Assembly: GCA_046563655.1 (NCBI GenBank)
Contig: CM102290.1
Coordinates: 14,136,001-14,200,000 of the forward strand
Direction: 5' to 3'
Origin: Yuukianura sp. NJ FZ-2021
Taxonomy: Eukaryota
DNA: 64,000 nt
Part shown: positions 49,011 to 60,840 of the stretch, one piece after another
How the letters are laid out: each line of letters starts with the position of its first letter
Position numbering within the stretch: position 1 is the stretch's first letter
Notes under the pieces: model-generated
What the model was told of the DNA's origin: nothing
The model's database searches: none
The model's input: the letters and a program-made list of their open reading frames with translations, nothing else
Translations under genes and position numbers: made by a program

Positions 49011-50032
49011 GACCTCTGGACAAATTCAAAATCCAGTTCAAAATGTAAATAAAAGTTCGGTTTTCTTTGCATCAAAAGAAAATTATGTGCAGTTTCATGG
49101 TTTCAAATTATTTCAAATGCTTTAGATAATTTTCAAATTTTGCATTTCCATTGCTTCAAATTTCCGTTTTTGTGTCGCATTGTTTCAGTGTTCAGTAGTT
49201 AGAAATAAATTCAAACAAATCTAGGTTCAAAATTTTGAAATTTTATAAAGCGACGCAAAGTGTAGAACTCATTTGCTCCAGTAACTTCTGCTTCGAGTTA
49301 ACTGACGTCGTGACTGAAAGTCCAGTTCAAAATGTTAAATAAAAATTTACCAACTCTTTTAGCACCAAAACGAATTAATTATATCAAAACATTTGACGCA
49401 TCTCAAAATTTTACATTACCGTTTTTTTTTCGTGGAAGTAATTTTTTCATGTTTAGTTACTAGCAATGCATGAGCTTATAAGACTGGGTAAATCAAGAGA
49501 ACAAGAATTTTAATTAACAAATTTCAATTTTCCGTTCCAAAAAGTTATGTGAAATGTGAATGGATTGGAAGATATGAAATGCTCTGCAAATGTCAAATCA
49601 ATTGGCAAATCTTGTGATTCGCGAGGTTACACCTTTTTATCAAAATTCTGAGTTTTTGGAAAATGTAAAATCCTATGATTTTTTGTGACTGATGCCATGT
49701 CAGTTTTCCTGGAAGATGAGCCTCCGTCCAGTCAGAGGCAGACAAGCAGCAGAGCAGGAAAGACAACTCCAGTGTTACTCTTGGAAAACAAGGTCAGAGG
49801 TCAAGGTCACACCACTGGAGGTCAACGTCACACCAGTAGAGGTCAACGTCACACCACTGGAGGTGAAGTGTACATTCAGTTCCGATTGACATCAAGCTTT
49901 GGACACTTCATTGTTGGAGTAAGGAAAAGAAACGTTATTTTTTGCTGGAATAATTTCCTTCCAAGGATGTGGAAAGAGTCATAATGCTTGTTTTGTTTTG
50001 TGTAGGTACTAAAAGAACCTGGTTGAGACAAC

Positions 50033-50998
50033 ATGGCTGACCAAAGGTCAGAGGTCACTGGAACTGTAAGCAAATACGAATGCGATCAATGTCACAAGCA
50101 CTTCAAAAGTGCAGCAAGCCTACGAAAGCATTCCGTGCTCCACTTGGATCTTCGACCATTCAGTTGCTCTAGATGTCCAAAAACATTCAACCTCAAAAGT
50201 CAACTTACAATTCACATGCGAGGTCACACCCAGCAGGGATTGGTGGACTGCAAACACTGCAAAAACAAATTCAAAACAAATTCAGCACTCAACAAACACC
50301 TCATCATACACACAAAAGTAAGCAAATTCACATGCACAATCTGCAACTATGCTGCACAGTCAAAGAGGAATTTGGACGACCATGTTGCAACACACACAAA
50401 TGAACGTCGTTTCCAGTGCACGGAGTGCCACAAGAGATTCACACAGGAAAGTCATCTGAAGAGACATCTGAAAATCCACACTGGAGACAAGCAATTCCAG
50501 TGCAACTTCTGCACTTATGCAGCAGTCAGGCAGGAAACTCTGAAAATTCACATGCGACAACACACACATGAGAAGCCATTTGCATGTGTGTTGTGCACAG
50601 CCACATTCAAGTCACACACTGCTTTGAAGTACCACGTTAGGATCCACACTGGTGAGAAACCACACCCATGCAAGGAATGTGGCAAGGAATTCAGAAATTC
50701 CACTCACTTGAAGTATCATGTGAACATGCATGCGGGAGTGAATGATTTCGAGTGCACAGTCTGCCACAAGAAATTCAGGCAAAAATCAAACCTCACTGTT
50801 CATGCGCGTGTCCATTCTGGAGAGAGGCCATTTGAATGTAAGTTCTGCGACAAAGCTTTTTCAGAGTTGGGTACTTTGAGCATCCACCTTCGGATCCACT
50901 TGAATGAGAAGCCGTTTAGTTGTGGGAGTTGCCAGGCAGAGTTCAGATACAAACGCAATTTAGTGCGTCACAGGGAACAATGCTGCGTCGACGCATAA
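50033..50998 (+). CDS. C2H2 ZNF array copy 14 (321 aa)
   Basis: Intact 11-finger ORF ending CCVDA. Confidence 0.93.
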   Translation: MADQRSEVTGTVSKYECDQCHKHFKSAASLRKHSVLHLDLRPFSCSRCPKTFNLKSQLTIHMRGHTQQGLVDCKHCKNKFKTNSALNKHLIIHTKVSKFTCTICNYAAQSKRNLDDHVATHTNERRFQCTECHKRFTQESHLKRHLKIHTGDKQFQCNFCTYAAVRQETLKIHMRQHTHEKPFACVLCTATFKSHTALKYHVRIHTGEKPHPCKECGKEFRNSTHLKYHVNMHAGVNDFECTVCHKKFRQKSNLTVHARVHSGERPFECKFCDKAFSELGTLSIHLRIHLNEKPFSCGSCQAEFRYKRNLVRHREQCCVDA

Positions 50999-52111
50999 GG
51001 TACAAATTCTGTCCAACCAAATCACTTTTTAGTTTGCTAGTTACTGCTAGAACGCAGTATATGTAAAGGTACGTAACCTAGGTTTATTTGTTGCACTAGT
51101 TTACTTATTAAGGTGTGCTAAGTCTGTATAAAAGGCTAATTGTAGGAATGCGAAAATGCGATTCCTTCTGTTGTACCTCCCACTCCTGAAAAGCAGCAGA
51201 TAACTTTTCCCCCTCTGGTTTTCTGGTTCAATTTGATTAGTGAATTTGTTGTTTAGTTAATGTTGTTGTAGGAATAATTGAATTTAGTAGTTTTAGTCCA
51301 CTGACATCCATCACTCGAGTATTCTCGTGTAATTTGTGTTTTGAGGTCATTGACCTCTGGACAAATTCAAAATCCAGTTCAAAATGTAAATAAAAGTTCA
51401 GTTTTCTTTGCATCACAAGAAAATTATGAGCAGTTTGAATGGTTTCAAATTATTTCAAACACTTTAAATAATTTACAAATTTTCACTTTGTATTACCTCA
51501 AATTTCTGTTTTTGTGTCGCAATATTTCAGTGTTCATTATTTAGAAAAAAAAAATTCAAACAAATCTCGATTCAAAACTTTGTGATTTTGTCATTTCGAA
51601 AAGTATTTGAAAATTTTTATGTTTTTGAAATGCTTGACCCCGACATTAATTTTTTAGGACGTCGTTGCCCTTAATTCCCAGAAAGCAAGATTGAAGGAAA
51701 AAGAGTTTTAAAAAAAAGAAAAGAAATAGTTTGAAGTAATTAAGAGCTTAACTAAATCCTTGATTACTTTCACCCTCTTTGTTAATTACTGTAGTGAGGT
51801 GTGACTGAGCTGCAGCACTGCAATGACCCACATTGGACCATGCCCCACGTGCCATGTCATGCCCGCACAAAGACGTTAAGTCCATGTCTCACGTCCTACA
51901 CACATTCCAACCCCAACGATAATAGTTCCACAAGGAACTTTGATTAATAAGGTGGGGGGTAGAAGTGAAGATGGGGAGGGTACAGGAGTTACCGTATCTC
52001 CCAGCATATAACACGCACACTCAAATCTCTCAATTTCGTTCTATTTTGTCTACGATTCACGAGAGGAAATATTCGATAGAATTAATGAATTGAAATTATT
52101 TAGACCAACTT

Positions 52112-52390
52112 AATTAGTTAAAATATTACGTTAAATTAACCTTGTTAGTTAAAATATTACGTTAAATTTACTCAATTAGTGAAAATATTACGTTAATTTA
52201 ACCTAGTTAGTTGAAATGAAAAATTGAAATTAAATCAGAATAAGAAAGCGAATTAGTTAAAATATTACGTTAAATTAACCGAGTTAGTTAAAATAAAAAA
52301 TTAAAATTAAATAAAAATAAGAAAGTGAATTAGTTAAAATATTACGTTAAATTAAATTAATAGTTAAGGTATTACGTTAGATTAACTTAA
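52112..52390. repeat. AT-rich degenerate repeat (TTAGTTAAAATATTACGTTAAATT), about 6 copies
   Basis: The motif recurs with variable spacing between the ZNF array and the calponin-family gene. Confidence 0.7.
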
Positions 52391-52848
52391 GGGGTTTAAA
52401 TTATTACATTAAATTAATTTTATTAATTTAAATTATTACTTGAGATTAAAACGGTTCTCAACAATTCCAGTACATGTAAAAGTTCGGTTTTCAAAAAAGA
52501 AGTTGTTTGTGTTCCATGCTTTTGGTAAAATTGTGTTACATGGCGGTGTGTTGTAACTTATAAGCGAGGAAATAGGGTAGTGGGAGCATAACCGTTAAGG
52601 AGTAGGGTGATGCTGGGAGGAATATCGGTAACTGCAGTTGACTTTTGTACCTGAGAGGCTGAGGGGTTGGTTCACAGGTGAAGACACCGTAATCACAATT
52701 CACCTGTCTCTCCTGCATTCCACAACCATCCAGTCTACTATCAACAACACACAACTACAAAGTCAGCTTCCAGAACACATCGCATTATCGGTATCTGAAC
52801 ACTTTTTGGGTATCTGGACACTTTTTGGGTATCTGGACATCGAGTGAC

Positions 52849-53987
52849 ATGGCGTACCACGGTCCGGCCTACGGACTCAGCAGAGAGTGTCAAATGAAGG
52901 TACAATTTCTAGAATTTACAAACGAAAATGAAAGTAACCTTTTTGCCCCGTATGAAAATAATATAAATTTTTAATTAACTTAAGCTGTGTATTGTTACAA
53001 AACTTAAAAATTATGAAAAGTGTTGCGTATCAAAGTCACGTGAGGAGTCCGCGGTGTCGGTGTCACTTGCGAGTAACTTTTTTTTGAAAAACTATTTTTT
53101 GAAAACTAACTTTTTAAAAACTTTTTTTTGAAAAGTCGCAAGCAAAGTTTAGCCTGGAGCGAGCCAAGGAAGCTGTGTCATGGGTGGAGGCTGTTTTGGG
53201 TCGTAAGCTGGAATTTCCCAATGCTCATGGCAGCTTGATGCGAGATCAGTTAGACTTCGCCTATGTTCTCAAAGATGGCCTCGTCCTGTGCGAGTAATGA
53301 CCAAAATTAAAAAAAAAATGACATGAATTTCAAAATTTTGAAAATTTTATGCTTCTTTTTTAGGTTGATTAACATCCTATGTCCAAATGCAGTAAAGAAA
53401 GTGAATAATCCTACAGCCCCTTTTAAGCAAGTAAGTTCACAAGTACGAAAGTTTCCAAAATTTTTGAAAAGTTTTTCTATAAAGTGCACTTTTTACGTTT
53501 TTTGAATTTCAGCGGGAAAATTTAGAGTTGTTTTTGAAAGGGTGTGAGAAGTATGGTTTAAAATCCCAAGACTTGTTCCAAGTGAATGACCTCTACGAAC
53601 ACAAGAATCTGTACATGGTCGTTGATTGTATTTTTGGGCTTGGGGGAATGGTAAATTCCAAATTTTGGAAAAAGTTCAAAATTTTGAAAGTTTTTTCGTT
53701 TTTTAGGCTCAGAAGAAGGGGTTCAATGGTCCACGACTTGGGGTCAAAGTGGCAGATGAAAACAAACGGAGTTTCAGTGCTGAAACGATTGCCGAAGGCG
53801 GGAAAATTATTGGACTGCAATATGGATCCAACCAGGGAGCAAGTCAGAGGGGCATTGTGTTTGGCAATTCACGCAAAATATTGCCCACAGGTAACTAATT
53901 AACTAATTAATTAACTTAACTAATCAATTAACTCATTTTTAAACTAATTTGTATCTTTTTTTGTTGCTAGAGTTCATGCGAAACTGA
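52849..53987 (+). CDS. Calponin-homology protein of the myophilin/Mp20/transgelin family, 6 exons
   Basis: Spliced translation: MAYHGPAYGLSRECQMK|SQAKFSLERAKEAVSWVEAVLG...FAYVLKDGLVLCE|LINILCPNAVKKVN..APFKQ|RENLELFLKGCEKYGLKSQDLFQVNDLYE..|AQKKGFNGPRLGVK...IIGLQYGSNQGASQRG (calponin repeat)..|EFMRN*. Confidence 0.92.
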
Positions 53988-55574
53988 AAGAGAAAAGAAG
54001 TTTCCGAAAACAATTTTCCGAAAACATTTTCACGAAAACGCAACTTTTAAACGCAAACAAAGAAATCTCAAATTCCTCCAAAATATTTTGTTTAACGACG
54101 TTAAAGTTAAAATTAAAGTTAAAAATTAATTATTTTGGTACGAAACTCGAACAAATCTTGAAAACAAAGTCTTCCGTCCGCACTTTTGTGCGGAATGACT
54201 CTATGTGCCACTAATCCACAGACACAATTTACTAAAAACTGTGCAAAGACAATTAACTACGGTTTAACTAAAATAAGTTTAACTAAGGTTAGCTAACTTA
54301 ATCTTGTTCAATTAGCAATTTCAAAACGAACAAAATCCCTTTAGGAAATATTTCTTAGGCTAGCAATACCTGTGTTTAGAAATGTTTGACCTAAAAATGT
54401 TAGTCTTTGTGCTAAAAATGTAAACAAGTTAGGTTATGTGCTAAACCTAATTTAAAAAAAAAAGTTATGTTAATTGTTATTTCTAACCAGGCGTTTCGAA
54501 ATAATCTTTCGCACGTTGTAACGAACTTCGTCTATGCAAAGCCACGTTTCATTTTTACATTGCGAAAGAGTGTGTCCAAGAATTGACAGTTTTTAATTCA
54601 AAATGCAAAGAAAAGTATAGACTTTACCTCCAGAAATGATGCCAGCATGTAAATATTATTGTTATTATTTGTAATATTTTTATTAAAATTTATTCATTTT
54701 TACACAATTAATTCATGACTAATCCCCACTTTGCCACTGTTGTAAACAGCTACACCAAACGATTAGATCCAAAACGTTTGCACTTTTGGAAAGTTTGAAA
54801 TTTTGAACAAACGAACTTTTTTAAAAAGTTTACATCCACAAATGATGTGCCATGAAAATTTAGGTGAGAAACCAAAACAAAAAAAAAGATTGTAAAAAAA
54901 ATACTATGCATCGCCCATGAACTTTTCTGCTGTTGAATAAAGCACAAGGTTAAAAGATGAAATATGCTTAATTAAATGTATTAACTAATTAGTTTATATG
55001 AATTAATAATATTGATAATAATATTAATATAATAGTTGTATTTATAATAATAATATTAATATTGGAATTCACTTCAAATTCAAATGCTAAACCACTGACG
55101 CCGTCCAAGTTTTTCATTCTGCGAACATAGATGGCAGTGCAAATGCCGCGTCAGTCTTGAGTTCAACTCTAAACTAAAAAAAAATTCGCGAAAATTCCTT
55201 GGTGACAGACGTATCGTACATGTGAAAAAATTGGACAACGACCACTACCACTTTCCGACCACCGACCATCTACCACTTCCTCGAGCACTACGCTACCCCG
55301 CAAGGTTTCTATGACAACGAAAACCTAATTTTCTTTAACAGGTTGGTTGGTTACTACCTGGCATGTTGACAAAAAAAAAACTAAAAAAAACTAAAAATTA
55401 ATACCAATTTAGTACCAAGTCAAAAAAGTGGTAACAATTTGTATGCAAAATTTAAAAAATTGGCTGTAATGTTGATGACTACGCTGCCCCGAACTGAAAA
55501 GATACTTCTTTTTTTGCAAATTCAAAAAAACATGAGGTATTACCCAACCTGTTAAAGAAAATCAAAAGAGCAAA

Positions 55575-55643
55575 CCTTGCTACGCTGTCTTCTAGAACTG
55601 ATTTGACATTGTCAAATCAGTGCTAGACGACAGGGTGGCAAGG
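55575..55643. repeat. 69-bp imperfect palindrome (34-bp arms, 30/34 identity, 1-nt spacer)
   Basis: CCTTGCTACGCTGTCTTCTAGAACTGATTTGACA-T-TGTCAAATCAGTGCTAGACGACAGGGTGGCAAGG. Confidence 0.85.
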
Positions 55644-58600
55644 TCAAATTTTCAAATTGACAAGCGGGATTTTTTCACGTGTTTAAAATAACATAATGCC
55701 GAAACATAACTTTGAACATAACTTTTTATGTTTTGTTCACTCATGGTTCAAACGTGGACTTGAAGATGAGTTAAGTAGGTCACTCGTTGTGTGACTTGAA
55801 GAAAGTTTTTGTTGTTGTCGCTCGTCCTACATTTTCAGGTCTTTGTTCTTTACTTTTTAAGTCACGACTTTTTTCAAGTGTCTTCTTTGGTAACAGAAAT
55901 TTTGAAACTTTGAAATGAAATTGGATTGAAATGGGATCTCGTTTCGGATAATATAGGAACAACAAAATTAACAACCAACAATTTTTTCTTTTTCAATTGA
56001 CTCAAATGTCTTTGTGCTCTTGATTAAATTTCAAGTTAAACTTGAAATAATTAGAATGAGATAGTCGACTTAGCTTTCCAGTTTTTGTTCCAACAAGGTT
56101 TATGTTTAAAAAAGAGGCTTAATTGCCCTGTCCTACTTTTAGAACAAAATTCAAAAAAACAAGGACAATAAACTCAAAATTTTGAAATCACAATTCAAAT
56201 GACAAAAATATTCGCCAATCATCCAAGTGACCTGGAACCTCTTATCAAATTTAAATTTTTTGAAGAGCTTTGTGCATTTTCCATTTTTCGAATTTTTCAA
56301 CAAAAATTAAATTTTGGCGGAAATCTTTGATTTTGATTCTGGAGCATGTTGGCTTCAAAAGTGCAAATTCTGACTAAAACACGCTCGTGTTGTACCACGT
56401 GATTTCAAAAACAACGTAAAAAATATTTTCCCGCCAAAAAAAAACACAAGCGGCTTTTGGTTTTGATAAAAAAGAAAAGAAATTAAAATCAGTTTTGCGT
56501 TTCCTCGTTACTCAAATTTCAGTTCTACGAAAGTACAAATGACAAAGTTTTAATTTTTTGTAAGGTCAAAGGTCATCCCTATTTTTTCTACTTTTTATTT
56601 AGGTTTTCCATGAAAGTGGAACTTGACACGCCGAAATGCATTGAAAATCTACTAAATGACTGATTAGTTTTAATGAATTGGAGAAATATGTTTTTAATAC
56701 GCACATGTTAGATACATGTGCTCGATGTTTCAAAATTCAGAATTCTTATGCTGCTCAAAAATTTACTTTTTCCGTAATCTGAAATCTTATAACAAAAATG
56801 TCCACTTATAGACAATTTCCGTAGTACTTATTTTTCCATTTGAGTCAAATTTGAAATTTGTCACAAATTTGTCGTTTCCAAATTTGTGTTGTTCAAAATT
56901 TGCATAAACTTTGTATAGACCAGAGTCACATGTTTCAACGCATGGCCTCATGTTCACTCCATCGATTTGCTAATTTAGTCAAGAGCAAACGTGACCATGA
57001 ATTCGCAAACTGCTCGTGCTAAAAATTTTCTTTTTGGATCAAGTTTCAAGTAAATTTGAATTCACCCGGGTTTTCCAAGTTTTTTTTGTTTTTTGTTTTG
57101 TTTTTTTGTTTTTTTTTTTTTTGAAAAACAAAGCATAAAGATTATTTCTACTTCAGTTGCGTTTTGATTTTTGGATTACGACAACAAAAAATTTTTTCGA
57201 AAACCTAATAAAATTTAAAACCAAATTGTGAAGTGTAGCTGCCGCTTTCAGTTGGGCTTAAAAGTGCTTTGTAAAATTCAAATTTTTGAATTTTTGCAAA
57301 TTATTCCAAATTCATTTTTGTTTCTAATCTTTCTGACGTACGTTCAAAAAATCAAAAATTTTGGCCGCTAAATTGTCCAATTTTGAAATTAGATTTGATG
57401 ACGTCATTGATTTTGTCTGCTCAAACACGATTGTGAGACTGTCCCGTTGAGAAAGTTGTTTGGCCACGCCCCCTCATTTTCTCTTGAAATGTTGCAGCGA
57501 TGTGGCCACTTTTCCATATTATCCAGAATTCTTGAGTAGCCAATCGCTTTTCGCAACAATTCAAAAGACAACTTAATTTGCACCCTCAAATATTTACAAT
57601 GTCCATCACTTTTTTTGAGTTAGAAAAAAATTCATGATTTTTTTTCAAATGTATGAAAACAGCGCCAAAGTTTGAATTTAAATCGGAATGAATGAAAATC
57701 GCTGGAAAAAGTTGGATTACTGTCAAGGATTCGTCTTAAGCAACGCACAAACTTAAGTTTGAATGGAACCGCGTTGGCGGCAATGTTTGAGTTTGTTCAA
57801 ACATGAAATGGCGCCACATTTTGAATTTGAACGTTCCTTGCTGAAAACCATTGTTAACCCCAGCGATTGTAGAGCTGGAGGGCATTAGTTATTCAAACCG
57901 TGGGCGGGCGGGAACTTTTGAAAAACGCTGGATAAAGCTTGTAACGGAAACTTTGAAAACAGAACGAGCTGTCCAGAACTTTGAACATTATTTGTGCCAT
58001 TGTTGATTTTCTGTCGATGTAACACTTTGACAAAGAAATCAATGCTTAATTTCCATTTTATGATAGTCTCAAAGGCACCATCGATTAACTTTTTGAAAAT
58101 GAATTTCCAGGGGCTCATTTCGGAAAACCGGATTTCGAACAAGGTCGTCGTTTTTAAATTTTTGATGTGAAATGCGACTTCTTTTCCCGCCCACTTTTCT
58201 CTACTGAATTTCACAACACATGTGACCTTCAACCACAGTTTCTTCAACAAAACGCAAAAAAATGTCCGAGTATTACGTAATCACGTAAAAGGGGGGAAGT
58301 GTGAACAAACAAAGTTTTGGAGGGTTGCATAAGAAAATAATTTTATGTATTACGTTGCAATATTCCGACCCCCCTCCCCCGCTTTTTATGGGGGGGGGGG
58401 GATAAACCATGAAGTTTGAAGTGTAAAATCTATTACTTTAAGTTTATGTATTAATATATTATCTATATAATATATTATGTGTATAATATTTTAATTTATG
58501 TTTATGATTGGTTTATGTTTAAACAAGTTGCTTTTACATTTTTACCAGCTCCGGCGAGGGGTGGGAGGGGATAGTGATTTGGTCAATTAGTCCCCCCATA

Positions 58601-60840
58601 ACTCGAAACACGGATTGCGTAATTCCTAATAAAGTGCAGAGTGAGTGAAAAGAGAAGAAGAGTTTAATGTTTGTTTTTTAGCAACAACAAAAAATGCCAA
58701 AAAATGCAAAGAAAATACAATGACCTTTGAGTCAAGATAGGTCAAGAGCCTCTTGTCATGAAAATCCTCCGTTGAAACTGATATAACAAGTGAGGAGAGT
58801 TGCATAATTGACTCAACTTGTTCTGTTAGTTAATCGTAAGGTGTTTGTGAAGTGAAGTACTTGATTCTGAATGTACTTGATACTTCTGGACAAGTCGTTG
58901 ACTCAAGTCTAAACTTTAGTTTTTGTTAGGCTAGGTTTTTAGAAAGTGTTAACAACCCGAGAGACTTGTTTTGTAAGAAGAGAAAGACTCAAGGTCAACA
59001 AGAATGTTTGGCAGAGATGACCTTAGTCAACCCGCCCATCAATCCAAACCCACACCAACTCATCTTCTTTTCATAAGATGAAAGTGATGAAACTGCCTAC
59101 GTTTTAAATCTGCCCGCTCTCCTCTTCCAAACTCGTTTTCCAAGATTCCTTTCAAACAGGTCACTGACACTTTCATCTTAAAGTTACAACATTTTAGCAT
59201 AGGTTAGGCTTCTTCACTTTCAAAATAAAAAGTTCATCTTCTCCTCGTTTTCATTTTCTAAAAAATAAAACCAAAATTTTATAACTGGTTGGTCAAGGTC
59301 AAATTCATAAATAAAAATTTCCAATAATTCTAAAAATCATTTTCTTCTGAATCAATTTCAACAAAAATTGAAGAAAAATGTATATTTTTTTTTGGCAGAA
59401 GTGTACGTGACGTTGTACCCGTCACAAAAAAAAATTGTAAAAGTTTGGACAACCTTGTTTTGATTTTTGATGAACCAATGTCATGGGGGCAGAAATATTG
59501 ACAAAATTTTGGATTGGTTCTAGGAAATTTGATTAGATTAGAAATTTCCAAAATCATGGTGGAATAGTTGCAAATTACGATGTAGTTGATTACATCACTT
59601 GCATAAGGTCACTCGATACTGCCAGCATTAGTGGTCACGTTATGCATTGGTCCAAAAAAAAACTTGGTCAGATTAGTCGTGTGTAATCGATTATGGCTTG
59701 ATTTGAGGCCATCTCCTCCCTTCCAGAACTTTTTGCTGAAATGATTCAATATGGACTGTAGATATGACACTTTGTATTTCCAAGTATTATGACACTATTA
59801 CGATTTATCACAACACTCTTTTTAAAGTTACGCAAATCGCTCATGACTTTCAACTTTTCACCTGAAAAAAAAATCAGCGATTTCATACTTTATGCATCAT
59901 GCATGCCCTCATCATCTTCCGGAAACGAAAATTCCACAAAATGTATTAATTTTGCACAACATTGAAAATTAAACGAAATTTTTAATTTTCAAACAAAATT
60001 AATGAGAATTAATCAAAATTTAAAGGAAAGGAAATTTTTCAGCAAAAATGAAAAAACACCAAACATTTTTTTAATTTTTGCCTAAAATTGATTGGGCATG
60101 AATTGAAAATGGAATGAAAAACGAAACAATTGGTTTGAATTTCTTTCTAAAAAATGCAAAACAGAGTTTTTTTTAAAACTTTGTGTAAAATGTTAAAGTT
60201 GATGCCGGGAGAGATTGAAATGTTGGTTGTGTTTGGTGTTATTTTTTGTGTTTGGAGGTCAGGGTGTCTGTGTTGACATAAACCCTGAACTCAAATATCG
60301 TAAGCCAGTGACACTGTAAGAGCAGTTTTGGTAAGAAGGTTAATGTGAAGGCTCACAGGATTTGTAACTTCAGCTTTGTTGTGTAGCAGGAACGTTACAA
60401 GGGGCTCACTTTGTGCCAATTCCACAAAGGAAAAGAAAGTTGGCTTCAATTTGGCATTAGAAAGGAGCACACGCAAACCAGATCAACATAACACACTCAT
60501 TTAACATTAGTATAAACCTAACGCCATTAGGTTAACCCAGTAAGTTTGCAAACCTAACAACCAGCGTTGTCAAAAATATGTGCTAAAAACCCCCGAAATA
60601 TGGACAATTTTTTTTCTTTTTAAAAAATCTCCCACAGATTTACTTATTTAACATTAAGGGCATGGGATAATAAATAAATATTTAGTACCAAGAAAAACCC
60701 GAAAATATTTTTTTCGTTTAAGTAAATATTTTTGACATCCCTGCTAACAACACATTAGGTTACACACCAAATACATGAGGTTGGACTCACGGGCAGTCAT
60801 TGTACAACATTGTGACTCAAGTCACAAGTTTAGTAATTAC

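Larger units (their letters stand above)
19330..51560 (+). repeat. Tandem array of 14 zinc-finger gene units (ATG-to-ATG spacing 1.7-3.0 kb)
   Basis: Homologous CDS and spacer blocks recur. ATGs at 19698, 21486, 23193, 25612, 27748, 30090, 32698, 35196, 37358, 39759, 42806, 44902, 47226 and 50033. Confidence 0.97.

Noticed and set aside
20025..50569. Recurrent antisense and alternate-frame ORFs over the ZNF genes (e.g. 28111-28731, 40170-40829)
   Set aside because: Shadows of the repetitive zinc-finger codon pattern, with inconsistent lengths among paralogues.
50981..50998. CCVDA terminus as a prenylation signal
   Set aside because: Asp at the a2 position disfavours CaaX processing, Rab-type CCXXX needs a Rab fold for REP binding, and one Cys is needed as the fourth zinc ligand.
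19330..51560. Array units as autonomous transposons or PRDM9-like genes
   Set aside because: No transposase, RT, TIR or TSD bounds the units, and there is no SET/KRAB exon. Fingers are position-specific rather than homogenised within a gene.
52849..53987. Assigning the calponin-family gene as Chd64 to link it with ecdysone/JH signalling of the array
   Set aside because: Orthology within the Mp20/Chd64/myophilin family cannot be established by eye, and adjacency alone is not evidence.
54000..60800. Short ORFs (e.g. 57885-58250, 59330-59557) as genes
   Set aside because: AT-rich, K/F/N-biased translations with no recognisable domain or coherent exon chain.
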